This document shows, in pieces, positions 1 through 9,069 of a DNA stretch of 27,165 nt. Made by a program: the position numbers and the translations under genes. The notes below the pieces were generated by a model, which saw nothing but the letters and a program-made list of their open reading frames with translations, had not been told where the DNA came from and ran no database searches. Each line of letters begins with the position of its first letter. Within the stretch, counting starts at the first letter, position 1. This DNA is from a virus (Duplodnaviria > Caudoviricetes), in the IMG/VR virus record IMGVR_UViG_3300037424_003002, positions 1 through 27,165 of that record, one strand, 5' to 3'.

Positions 1-1656
1 ATGTCCGATAATTCTCAAACTACTGGTTCGCCGTATGCCGGGCGCTGGGTTGCCCGGGTTCGCGGCCGGATCGTCGCTCAGGGAGGCACTCCTGAACAAG
101 CCCTGCATGCCGCGCAGATCAGCAGGCATAAAGAGAGACCGGAAATCATTTACATGCCCGTCCCACTTTCGTACTCACCTTTGATCGATAAAGTCCGTGA
201 CATCCTCCCGGACCAGGAGATTTACCTGGTCGGCGGCGCGGTGCGGGATATGCTATTGAATCGCCTCTCCCACGACCTGGATTTTGCCCTGCCTTCGAAG
301 GGAATTGTCCTCGCCCGGCGCGTTGCCAACGCCCTCCAGGCGGATTTCATGGTGCTCGACGGTGAGCGTGATACCAGCCGGGTGATCGTGACCGAACCCG
401 ACGGCACGCGCACCTTCCTTGATTTTGCAGTGTATCGGGACAGGGACCTGGAAGGGGACCTGCGCGCCCGCGACTTCACCATCAATGCCATTGCATTCGA
501 CCCTCATGCGCAGACTCTCATTGATCCGCTCAACGGCGGGGCGGACCTGCGCGCCAAATTGATCCGTGCCTGCTCCCCCACTTCCCTCTCGGACGATCCC
601 GTCCGGATCCTGCGGGCGGTCCGGCAGGCAGCGGCATTCGAGTTCAAGATCGAAGGGGAAACGCGCAAGGCGATGAGACAAGCCGCGAGCTTGCTGCCGA
701 GGGTTTCCCCCGAACGCCAACGCGACGAACTCTTCAAAATGCTCGAGGGACCCAAACCCGACACGTCCATGCGCGCCCTGGAAATACTCGGTGTCTTTCC
801 CTATCTGCTGCCTGAACTCTCTGCGCTCAAAGGCGTCGCACAATCCTCGCCGCATATGGATGACGTCTGGGAGCATACGTTAAGCGTGCTCTCTCACCTC
901 GAAAGCATCCTCAGCGCCCTCGCACCGGGATACAATGCAGACCATACGAACGACCTGTTCACCGGCCTGCTCACTCTTCGCATCGGGCGATTCCGCGCTC
1001 AATTCGCCGGGCACTTTGCCGAATCCCTGAACACGGATCGTTCCATGCGCGCGGCGTTGTTCTTCGCGGCACTGTACCATGATGTCCAGAAGCCAGCCAC
1101 AAAGTCCGTGGAGGAGACGGGGCGCATCCGCTTCTTCGACCACGACGTCCAGGGTGCAGAGGTCGCGGCAAATCGCGGGCGGGCGTTCAATCTCAGCAAC
1201 GATGAAGTGGAACGGATCAAAACCATCATCCGGAACCACATGCGGTTCCATTTCTTTACCAACCGCCTGGAAGGTGAAAAGCAGGAACCCTCGCGCAAAG
1301 CCATTTATCGCTTCTTTCGCGATGCCGGGAAGGCAGGCATTGATCTGATCCTGCTCGGGCTGGCAGATTTGCGCGGTACGCACGGCATCACATTGACCCA
1401 GGAAACCTGGGCAGCCGCCCTGGATGTGGCGCGCATCCTGCTCGAGAATTACTGGGAAAGACCACACGAGACCGTTGCCCCGCCGCGCCTACTGGATGGG
1501 AACGAATTGATGTCCGAGTTGGGCATCGAACCCGGGCGCCTCGTCGGGCAATTGCTGGAGGCGATCCGCGAGGGGCAGGCAACCGGTAAAATTGGAAATC
1601 GCGAGCAGGCGCTTGAACTTGCCCGTGAGCAGTTGAAGAAATCGGAGAGTGAATGA
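1..1656 (+). CDS. cca: Class II tRNA nucleotidyltransferase (CCA/poly(A) polymerase family) with HD domain; probably CC-adding type; short N-terminal DUF5678-like extension
   Basis: Motif A LVGGAVRD..DLDF, motif B ARDFTINA, motif D DDPVRILR, SPERQRDE; HD domain VWEHT / LYHDVQKP / FFDHD; C-terminal LLDGNELM..G..PG..VG..L. Confidence 0.9.
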   Translation: MSDNSQTTGSPYAGRWVARVRGRIVAQGGTPEQALHAAQISRHKERPEIIYMPVPLSYSPLIDKVRDILPDQEIYLVGGAVRDMLLNRLSHDLDFALPSKGIVLARRVANALQADFMVLDGERDTSRVIVTEPDGTRTFLDFAVYRDRDLEGDLRARDFTINAIAFDPHAQTLIDPLNGGADLRAKLIRACSPTSLSDDPVRILRAVRQAAAFEFKIEGETRKAMRQAASLLPRVSPERQRDELFKMLEGPKPDTSMRALEILGVFPYLLPELSALKGVAQSSPHMDDVWEHTLSVLSHLESILSALAPGYNADHTNDLFTGLLTLRIGRFRAQFAGHFAESLNTDRSMRAALFFAALYHDVQKPATKSVEETGRIRFFDHDVQGAEVAANRGRAFNLSNDEVERIKTIIRNHMRFHFFTNRLEGEKQEPSRKAIYRFFRDAGKAGIDLILLGLADLRGTHGITLTQETWAAALDVARILLENYWERPHETVAPPRLLDGNELMSELGIEPGRLVGQLLEAIREGQATGKIGNREQALELAREQLKKSESE

Positions 1657-2054
1657 ACATTGTTTATTTCGACGTGGAAACGCAAAAGCTGTTCCACGAA
1701 GTCGGCGGGCGCGATGCCTCGAAGCTGCTTTTGGCGTGCGGCGTGACCTGGTCCACGGCACGCAACGACTTCGCCGTGTATTGGGAGAAAGATGCTCCCG
1801 CCCTGGTGGCAGAGTTGAAATCCGCCGACCGTGTGGTCGGCTTCAACAGCATCGGTTTCGACTATGAAGTGTTGAAGCCTTATGCGCTGAACGAAAATTT
1901 CCGTACCTTTCGTTCCACCGATATGCTGCAGGACATTTTCCGCACCTTGAACTTCCGCCTGAGCCTCGATTCGATCGCCCGGGCAACACTGGGAACCACC
2001 AAGACCGCGGACGGAATCCAGTCGGTCGAGTGGTTTTCAGAACACGTAAACTAA
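1653..2054 (+). pseudogene. RNase H-like (YprB / RNase_H_2, DEDD exonuclease) gene, 3'-truncated at the prophage junction
   Basis: ExoI YFDVET, ExoII VVGFNSIGFD, and SLDSIARATLG..KTADG. The frame ends 5 codons after ..SVEWF with no ExoIII Y..D motif, and its stop overlaps the stop of the convergent phage gene. Confidence 0.7.
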
Positions 2055-2737
2055 CGCCTGCTGCGCTTCGGTTTTGGTAGCTGAGGCTTCGGCGTATTTA
2101 CCTCGACGAGCCTGGCTGCGCCTGCCTCGGTGAGCAAACCTGCCGCGACAAGCCCCGCTGCTACATCCTGCACGTCCAGTCCCAAACCCAGCAGGAACCT
2201 ATCCGGGCTGATCGGCGTGGTCGGCTTCTTCAGCCCGGGCGTGGTCGCCATTTGCAGGATCGCGTCCAGGTTTCCGCCCGGATCACGCGGCGCAAGGTAT
2301 GCCTGGCGGGATAACCTGGCTGCCCAGTAGATCGGTTCCTCCTTCTCCAGCTCGTCGGCGGTGTAGCGCGGCAACTTTGTCAGGATCTCCAGCAGGTGAT
2401 CGATCTCCTTCACGCGCTGGTTTAGGGTGATTGCCATGCCTGCAATGCCGCGCTCAAGTTTCCTGCGTTGGATCTGCTCGCGCGGATCGTCCCCCTCGAT
2501 CTCGGTAAGGTCGATCTGTGCGATCTGCATGTCATCATAGAGGTCTGCCATTGCGAAGTACAACGACTGCAACTCTGCCAGAACCTGGGCGCGCTGCCGA
2601 CCCGGCGTGTCGTGCTGCCCTGCGACGAAATGCTCCAGCACAAAATCGGACCGCATGCGACCCAGTTCATTCATCTCGCCAAGCATTCCTTCCAGTTGAT
2701 GAATGCGTGTCTCTGCCTGTGTTTGAATATCGCTCAT
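2051..2737 (-). CDS. Phage coiled-coil protein following the tail fibre (possible fibre chaperone/partner)
   Basis: 228 aa, starts immediately after the fibre stop; helical heptad-rich sequence with SDFVLEHFV..HDTP and EE..YW..RL.RQA segments. Confidence 0.55.
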   Translation of the reverse strand: MSDIQTQAETRIHQLEGMLGEMNELGRMRSDFVLEHFVAGQHDTPGRQRAQVLAELQSLYFAMADLYDDMQIAQIDLTEIEGDDPREQIQRRKLERGIAGMAITLNQRVKEIDHLLEILTKLPRYTADELEKEEPIYWAARLSRQAYLAPRDPGGNLDAILQMATTPGLKKPTTPISPDRFLLGLGLDVQDVAAGLVAAGLLTEAGAARLVEVNTPKPQLPKPKRSRR

Positions 2738-4240
2738 TTAATATGCTCCATTATTGAAATTCGCCGCGAAGTGTGCCCCTGCGCTCAGCACTGCGCCGGC
2801 GTCGGCTGCATAGGTTTCCGTTGCCTTGGTGAATTTGTGACTCACGGAGTACGGCGAGGCATCGTCTCCGGAGAACCATGCCAACCCCGACCCGTCGCAG
2901 ATCCCGGCACCATGGGATTGATCCGCTGGCAGCGTGCTTGTCACTACCGCACTGGCGCCGCTCGAGAACGTCACTTTGTGCGAGTAGTTATTCGCCCCGC
3001 TCTTGTCTGCCATGTAGCCGGCTGTGCCAGGGAATGAAACAGAGATGTATGCTGTCGCGCTCGCAGTGATGTCACCGGCGTCGTTGTCGCTGACCGCGTC
3101 CGACGCGAATGTTATCTTGTCGCTCACGCCCGAGGATATACCTCCCTGCGCGAACGCCACGGTTCCATCAGTGATCCCGGCAACGTAGAAGCGAGCCGCG
3201 GATAGTGTGCCTGCCAGGTGTGCGCTCATCGTGTCTGTTGCGTAGGTCAGTTTGGCGCACGTCGCTGCTGCGGCTGCCGTGAACCCGCCGACATTGTAGC
3301 CATGGGCGGCGCCTGCATACGATCCCCTGAACCCGTACTTGGCAGTGGGCAGGTTTGCGCTTGACGCTGCCGCAGTGACCTCGGTCGAGAATGGCATCTT
3401 GTACGCCGTGACGATTGCTCCGGCGCCCTGGTTGCCTCCGATGGAGTAACCCGCTGTTGTGCCGTATCCCAATCCCTGGGCTGCAAATGTGGCAGTGGGT
3501 AGCGCTGCGCCCGCGATTGTTGCCCATGTCCCGGCGGCTACTGTGAATTTCTGAGCAGTCGTTTGCCCTGCTGCCTGCTGCCCGCCAAGTATCCAGGATG
3601 TGCCTGCGGTGGTCAGGTGTCGCGGCGCCGGGGTCACGACGGCGCTGACGCTGCCGGTGGCTCCGCCTGTGTACTCAGTCATGGCGTACCCAATGGCGCC
3701 CGCCGGCTTATCGTAGCCGGCTGTCTTGGCTCTCCACGCAGTGGCTGACGACACCAGCCATTCCCCTCGAGCGACGTTGCCAGTAACCAGCACATCATTC
3801 AGCCCGGCAATACAGACGTTGCCTTCGGCATTGATCCCGATCTCCTCAGCCGTCACGCCGATCACTCCCAAATGGCTGGGGACTGCTGTACTGATAAACG
3901 CCTCGTCGTTAGCCAGGTCCGCAATAACCACCGACCCGACCACGGCAGTCTCATCGTCTTTGTTTGTGAGTGTGATCAGCCCTCCGCCACCTGCCGAGGC
4001 TGCGCCAATTTTCCACAGTCCCGCGACAGTCAAGTCACTTACAAGGGTTTGCCCGTTTGCCGTGGGGGGATCGATCACGGTTGCCACGCCTGGAGACAGG
4101 CACACGATCAACTGCCCTTCCTCGGTCAGCAGGTCGGTCGTGATTCCGCTGGGGATCGAGTAGTCCTCGATCCGCACCACGAGCGCGACTTGCTCCTCGA
4201 CAGACGACCACGCAACTTGTTCTTTCACAATGAGGTACAT
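2738..4240 (-). CDS. Tail fibre / receptor-binding protein with C-terminal Kelch-like beta-propeller repeats
   Basis: 500 aa, Ala/Gly/Thr-rich; about six ~45-aa repeats (WILGG, GYSIGG, GYNVGG, AFAQGG, AGYMAD, AWFSGD, each followed by K-x-(T/P)-(F/Y/V/K)); near the end of the tail module. Confidence 0.7.
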   Translation of the reverse strand: MYLIVKEQVAWSSVEEQVALVVRIEDYSIPSGITTDLLTEEGQLIVCLSPGVATVIDPPTANGQTLVSDLTVAGLWKIGAASAGGGGLITLTNKDDETAVVGSVVIADLANDEAFISTAVPSHLGVIGVTAEEIGINAEGNVCIAGLNDVLVTGNVARGEWLVSSATAWRAKTAGYDKPAGAIGYAMTEYTGGATGSVSAVVTPAPRHLTTAGTSWILGGQQAAGQTTAQKFTVAAGTWATIAGAALPTATFAAQGLGYGTTAGYSIGGNQGAGAIVTAYKMPFSTEVTAAASSANLPTAKYGFRGSYAGAAHGYNVGGFTAAAAATCAKLTYATDTMSAHLAGTLSAARFYVAGITDGTVAFAQGGISSGVSDKITFASDAVSDNDAGDITASATAYISVSFPGTAGYMADKSGANNYSHKVTFSSGASAVVTSTLPADQSHGAGICDGSGLAWFSGDDASPYSVSHKFTKATETYAADAGAVLSAGAHFAANFNNGAY

Positions 4241-4593
4241 CAGACCACCTCCACGCTACCGGTCAGAAGGTGCGTCGTATTGGCGCTGCCATCCACGTAG
4301 GCTATATCGTACACCGCCCGCACGAAATCATAGGCGGCGATCTCAGCAGCCGTGAGATTGAGATTGAACTGGCCCGACGCGGGAGTGTGCACGATCTTTC
4401 CATTGGCAATTGTCAGCGTGTCATACACCTCCCCGTTTAGCGATGACCTTATGGTCATCGTCATGGTGTAGCCGGTGGTGTCGATTGGCGTGACCTTATC
4501 GTCCTGCAGGAGAATGATTGTGCGGTGCCAGTCTCCCAGGCGGGGGATTTGAATATCCTTGCGGATCGGAAATGGCTGGATGCTTTCGGTCAT
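4240..4593 (-). CDS. Small virion beta-sandwich protein (BppU N-terminal-like fibre attachment)
   Basis: Pattern GD....I......PIDTTGYT.TMTIR...G.FNL.LT.AE......AVYDI, typical of BppU-like domains; TGATG coupling to the fibre gene. Confidence 0.6.
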   Translation of the reverse strand: MTESIQPFPIRKDIQIPRLGDWHRTIILLQDDKVTPIDTTGYTMTMTIRSSLNGEVYDTLTIANGKIVHTPASGQFNLNLTAAEIAAYDFVRAVYDIAYVDGSANTTHLLTGSVEVV

Positions 4594-5057
4594 AAGTGCA
4601 GCTCTTTTCTGAGAAAGCTATAGACCGCTTCCTCGGTAGGGGTTTGGTCGGTGAACCATTCGATCAGTCGCCACTTCTTTTCGCGGGCGATGTTGCGCAT
4701 CTCCTGCTGGTCCTCGTGTATGCCGGTGTGCCAGTAGCGGCCCTTGGGGTCCAGGAAGGTCCACATGCCCGGCGTTTTAATCAGGAAGTCGATCACGTTT
4801 CCGCCTCGTCTGCGACGCCCGCCGCGGATCGGGTACTGGTATTCCCAGGTCCATCCGGTTTCCTTCTCGATCTTCTCCAGCGCCAGGGAGCACCACCACT
4901 CCTCCTTCGATCCCGCCTTGATCCCTCGGATAAAGAAGGGTCCCTGGTCGCGTGGGTCCAGAATGACCGGCGCCCGTGCGGAGCGCGTCTTTGCGGCGGC
5001 TGTTCTTTTGCTTTTCGCAAACGAGAACAGCTTCTTTTTCTTCTTAGCCGCGAACAC
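4590..5057 (-). CDS. Vsr/DUF559-like PD-(D/E)XK endonuclease-fold protein with basic N-terminus
   Basis: WEYQYPI..IDFL..FLDPKGRYWH..DQ resembles DUF559/Vsr motifs; GTG start directly after the upstream TGA, with GGAGG SD. Confidence 0.55.
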   Translation of the reverse strand: MFAAKKKKKLFSFAKSKRTAAAKTRSARAPVILDPRDQGPFFIRGIKAGSKEEWWCSLALEKIEKETGWTWEYQYPIRGGRRRRGGNVIDFLIKTPGMWTFLDPKGRYWHTGIHEDQQEMRNIAREKKWRLIEWFTDQTPTEEAVYSFLRKELHL

Positions 5058-7712
5058 TCACGCCTCCTGCATGGAGGCAGAGCAGATAAAGACATCCTTC
5101 TTGAAATCATTCCCATCCTGCCCCTTGTACAGGATCTGCCTCGTTGTGGGCGGGTTCAGGAAAATGACCTTATCATCGAACAGTGTGCTGACGCTGCGCA
5201 TCATCAGCATGCTGTCGGTCGATGAGTCAGCCCAGTCCTCGATGATCTTGAGTTTTTCTGCTGCGGTCAACGGGTCGTCTGCGCGCCCAGACAGCAACGG
5301 CTCGTGATCGACCAGGCGCAGCTGCATCGGGTACATGTATTTGACGTCCGTTCGAATGACCGCGCCGACGATGATCGCCAGGAGTACCGGCGTTTTGGTG
5401 CAGTCCGTTGTATATCCCCGGACCCGGAACTGAATGCGCTTGCCGGCAATGCCTAATTGCTTCGTCAAGTCCACCATCTGGGTCGGGCTTTCCGTGAACG
5501 CATCGTTCAGCGGCGTCCACTCCTCCAGCTCGTTCAGCCTGTAATCCAGTTCGAACCAGCAAACCCGGTTGCCGTTGGTTGAGTCGATCTCCAGCCCCTC
5601 GGTTTGCAGCTTGATCTTCTTGATGATCTTCTGCACATCGAATATGCCGGCGTGCATACGGGACAGGATCACGGCGAATTCAGGAGTGTACGGGTAGGCG
5701 GCATCCTCCAGTTCGTTGGCGGTCTCTGACGGGAACGGAACGTAAAGCAGATCGTTGCCCTGGTATATCCACAACCGATCCACCTGTGCGCCTGGAATGA
5801 CCTGGAAGCTCATTGCTTTGATGCGCTGCCCGAGCGGCGCGCGGTAGCGTTCGTGCCACCCATCACTGTCCAGGATGGATGAGTATCCGCTGGCGCCCGC
5901 ATCGATGGCGGCGAAGTATTTCCCCGGATATCCCTGTAGAGCAACGATGGGGCCGCGCCGGTTGGACGGCAGTCCCTCTCCCAGATCCGGGCCAACCGCG
6001 TCGATCTGTCCGTTATAGTAGCGCTGTAAGCCCTGCTGCATCGAAAAGAACAGATACACATTGTGGACCAGACTGGCGCGCCCGTTGTTGGCTGATCGCA
6101 CAGTTCGCATCTCCGCCAGATTGATCGGGTACGGGTTGCCGGTCGCCGGGACCACAAACGGAATGTCGACCTTGAACACGTAGAGCGCCTCTGTGCCGCC
6201 TGTGTCTGGATACACAATGGTGCCGGTGATCTTGCGATGCTTGCTGTCAATCGGTATGGCTGCTGCAAATGTATGGCCGGCAGTCGCCCAGGCAACTGGA
6301 TCGGCAAGCGCAATGGACACGTCGCCGGCGGCGTCCGCGTTGTTCGCCTTCACGATCTTCTTTGCTTGCGGTTTGTAGTCCAGGAATGTGGCTTTGTTTG
6401 TGCCATCGTCAGCGAATTCACGCGTCCATGCGCCGGCGTTGTTGTATTCCCGGAAGCGGCGAATATTGACGCTGTCACCCTGCGCGAAAAGCACTATGCC
6501 TGTGGTCGTCACCTGAACGTCTGTGACCGGTGCCGTCAGACCGTGACCCGTGATCTCTGTTACATCCGCGCCCAGGATCACGTACACCGTGGCTGTCGTA
6601 TGTTCGATCTTCCAGTTTGCATCCACAACCAGGTAGGTCCCGGCGTTCGATACGACCTGCCTCCAGGGCTGCTCCTCCTCTTTCCCCGGGCCGTCAATGA
6701 CCATGACGATCTTGCCGGCGTGCATATTGGCGGTCCAGCTTTTGGTCGCATCGACGAGTCTATCGAGTGTGCCCGTGTTGGCGTCAGCTGCTCCGCGATC
6801 TCCAGCCATCCACAGGGTGGGCGCGCCACTCTCTCCGGAGATCACAAAATACTGCTGCTCAAGGTATTCAAAGGGGATGCAGTTCTTTTCCGTCTGCGCC
6901 GGGGTGAGGTGATAGTACAGATCGAACGTCGCTGCGCCCGGCGTGGCACTGAATGCGGAGGACGTGTAGCTGCCGACCGCGTTCTTGACGCCGACCTTCC
7001 AATGCTTCTCGCTGCCATCGCCTGCGTCGGCATGGATCACCAGCCAGTAATATGTCCCGCCGGTCAGCGCCTGGGAAAGAGTCTCGTTGATCCACTCGCT
7101 CAACACGTCCGCCATGCGCGTGTATGGCACAGCGACACTCGCGACTTCCGACCCAACACTGCCGGCGCTGTCGGCATGGATGGCAATGGTCAGATTGGCG
7201 GGCGCACCTTTGATGCGCACCAGGAGCCAGGCGAGCCCGACGGTAAAACCAGCGCTGTGCTGTATGCGTTTGTAGATGTACCGATTGTCACCGGTCATCT
7301 CGCGCCAGGTCACGCCGCTATTTGCGTCGCCCGGCATGGATTGCAAGCCCGCCCGCAGCCCGGTGACATACGTTTCCTGCGGACCGGCGAACGCCTTATT
7401 GGCGCGCCCGCTCTTGGTGCGGAAGCTGTCAAAGTATTTCGTGCTGTCACGCTCGAAGTCGAGTGAGCCCCGCCCGCCGCTTAGATCATCCTGAACGATT
7501 GGCGAGTAGGGATAATCGTAGTCGGCGTAGGAGGAGGAGCCAGAGGTCTGCTTCTGTGCAGTGGTCTCCACCGGGATCTTCGAGAACTGTTTGAGCGGCT
7601 GCCCTTTGTCGTCGCAGAGAATGATGCCAATCGTCCGATTGGCGCGGTCGGTCAATTGGATATGGTGGGTGGGATGAGGCTCGTCAGGGGAAACGCGGAT
7701 CTCATATGCCAT
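5058..7712 (-). CDS. Tail nozzle / tail tubular protein B-like virion protein
   Basis: ~884 aa, beta-rich, follows the adaptor-like gene; ATG at 7712 preferred over GTG at 7724; call based on position and size. Confidence 0.55.
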   Translation of the reverse strand: MAYEIRVSPDEPHPTHHIQLTDRANRTIGIILCDDKGQPLKQFSKIPVETTAQKQTSGSSSYADYDYPYSPIVQDDLSGGRGSLDFERDSTKYFDSFRTKSGRANKAFAGPQETYVTGLRAGLQSMPGDANSGVTWREMTGDNRYIYKRIQHSAGFTVGLAWLLVRIKGAPANLTIAIHADSAGSVGSEVASVAVPYTRMADVLSEWINETLSQALTGGTYYWLVIHADAGDGSEKHWKVGVKNAVGSYTSSAFSATPGAATFDLYYHLTPAQTEKNCIPFEYLEQQYFVISGESGAPTLWMAGDRGAADANTGTLDRLVDATKSWTANMHAGKIVMVIDGPGKEEEQPWRQVVSNAGTYLVVDANWKIEHTTATVYVILGADVTEITGHGLTAPVTDVQVTTTGIVLFAQGDSVNIRRFREYNNAGAWTREFADDGTNKATFLDYKPQAKKIVKANNADAAGDVSIALADPVAWATAGHTFAAAIPIDSKHRKITGTIVYPDTGGTEALYVFKVDIPFVVPATGNPYPINLAEMRTVRSANNGRASLVHNVYLFFSMQQGLQRYYNGQIDAVGPDLGEGLPSNRRGPIVALQGYPGKYFAAIDAGASGYSSILDSDGWHERYRAPLGQRIKAMSFQVIPGAQVDRLWIYQGNDLLYVPFPSETANELEDAAYPYTPEFAVILSRMHAGIFDVQKIIKKIKLQTEGLEIDSTNGNRVCWFELDYRLNELEEWTPLNDAFTESPTQMVDLTKQLGIAGKRIQFRVRGYTTDCTKTPVLLAIIVGAVIRTDVKYMYPMQLRLVDHEPLLSGRADDPLTAAEKLKIIEDWADSSTDSMLMMRSVSTLFDDKVIFLNPPTTRQILYKGQDGNDFKKDVFICSASMQEA

Positions 7713-7714
7713 GG

Positions 7715-8506
7715 TTACCGCCACACGTCGCGGGTGCCGCCCGCGGTCTGCACGATGATCACCGGCTTCGCAGGCATGATGCCCTTCTGCCGCTCGAGCG
7801 CCCGGTTCATCCTCTCTTCGATCCGGAACTCTTTGGCTTCACCATACTGCTCCATCCCCCAGTACAGCAGGCACTCGGCCGCCTTCCATCTGAGCCATTC
7901 CATATTTACATCTGGATTGATCTCGTCGCTGTAAGTGGACAGGTGTGGGTGCTCGGCTCTGAAGAATAGATGGATCGGCTCCGTGTCGCGTGGGGCATAA
8001 CCGTCATGAAAGCGGATCTCGCCGGCGCGCTCTGCCCAGTGCGTGGATGGGAATCTGTCCAGTGGATCGCCGGCGTTCTCGATCTCAACCCTGGCGATCC
8101 TGCTTACGCCATCCGGCAAAGTGAACTCAAGTGTCTCACCGTCGCCGATCAGGGTTACATCCTCGTCGATGACATGGATGCCCTCGAGTGCTTCGTTGAC
8201 AGCACTGACGATCTGGTTCCATGGATAGATGCGCCGGGCAACACTGAAGCGGTTCCCAACTGCGACGGTTCCGGGTGCGACAGTCGCGAAGGTGAGCTTG
8301 TTCAGGGCGTATCCACTGACAGGCAAGACGCGCCCGGATAGCAGTCCGCTCGTCAGCCACAACGTGCCCCGATCCCAGTATTCATTGTTCTGGATCAGGT
8401 TGCCTGTGTCGGTCAGGCTGGTGGCAGCTCCCGCCGTGGCTGTGCCGTCAAGCACGTCCGTGCATACACGCGCGACGCGCAGGGCGATTGTAGCTAGTGT
8501 GGTCAT
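7715..8506 (-). CDS. Head-tail adaptor / tail tubular protein A-like
   Basis: N-terminal MTTLATIALRVAR, then AVNEAL, T.EFTLPDG..RI..VE and a C-terminal helix; position after the capsid genes. Confidence 0.55.
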   Translation of the reverse strand: MTTLATIALRVARVCTDVLDGTATAGAATSLTDTGNLIQNNEYWDRGTLWLTSGLLSGRVLPVSGYALNKLTFATVAPGTVAVGNRFSVARRIYPWNQIVSAVNEALEGIHVIDEDVTLIGDGETLEFTLPDGVSRIARVEIENAGDPLDRFPSTHWAERAGEIRFHDGYAPRDTEPIHLFFRAEHPHLSTYSDEINPDVNMEWLRWKAAECLLYWGMEQYGEAKEFRIEERMNRALERQKGIMPAKPVIIVQTAGGTRDVWR

Positions 8507-9069
8507 AGGATCACCTCGTAGGGATACAGGATCTCGCGGACCAGAAGAGACTGCTCGCTGATCACAACATCGATGCCGAGCGTCGAGGCTTTACCCATCC
8601 ACCAGAAGACGAGATTACGTTCCTCCTGGTATTGCTCCTTGGCAAGCTCGATCCCATACAGTTCGATGCGTTCGTATCCCAGGTGGATAGCGAGTGCGAC
8701 GGCATAGGAGGCAGAGCCGCCGAAGAGAGTCTTGAGTTCGCGCTCGCCCTTCCAAAAGTTGTGCATGAAACGCGCCTCGATCTGGTGACGCGGGTAGGTG
8801 ATGGACAGCGGGATCTCCGGGTGCACCTGGTGCATGTAGATGGGAATATCTTTCACGTCTCTCAGCCACTCGCGATACTGCGGTGTGTCGGGGTAGGCGT
8901 CCCAGCGCTCGCCGGTCAAGACGTCCGGGTGCATCTCAAGTACTGCATTGCAACGCCGCGCCTTCCATGCGTGGATACTCATCACCCACACATCGACGGC
9001 GAGATCGTCGAACGGAGCAAACTCGCGTGTCCGGCTGGCGTTGCCCAGGATTGCAACCGCTTTAGGCAT
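8503..9069 (-). CDS. MptE/DUF115 (Maf / sialyltransferase-like Rossmann fold) protein
   Basis: Start at ATG 9069 (MPKAVAILGNA); GSASYAVALAIHLGYERIELYGIEL matches the family pattern S..YA..LA..LG...I.L.G.D. Confidence 0.6.
   Translation of the reverse strand: MPKAVAILGNASRTREFAPFDDLAVDVWVMSIHAWKARRCNAVLEMHPDVLTGERWDAYPDTPQYREWLRDVKDIPIYMHQVHPEIPLSITYPRHQIEARFMHNFWKGERELKTLFGGSASYAVALAIHLGYERIELYGIELAKEQYQEERNLVFWWMGKASTLGIDVVISEQSLLVREILYPYEVIL

Noticed and set aside
2738-4240. Diversity-generating retroelement acting on the fibre (suggested by the BPP-1-like capsid)
   Set aside because: No reverse transcriptase or near-identical TR/VR pair seen in the window
6237-7466. 409-aa plus-strand ORF
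   Set aside because: Antisense shadow of the nozzle gene in GC-rich DNA; no motifs
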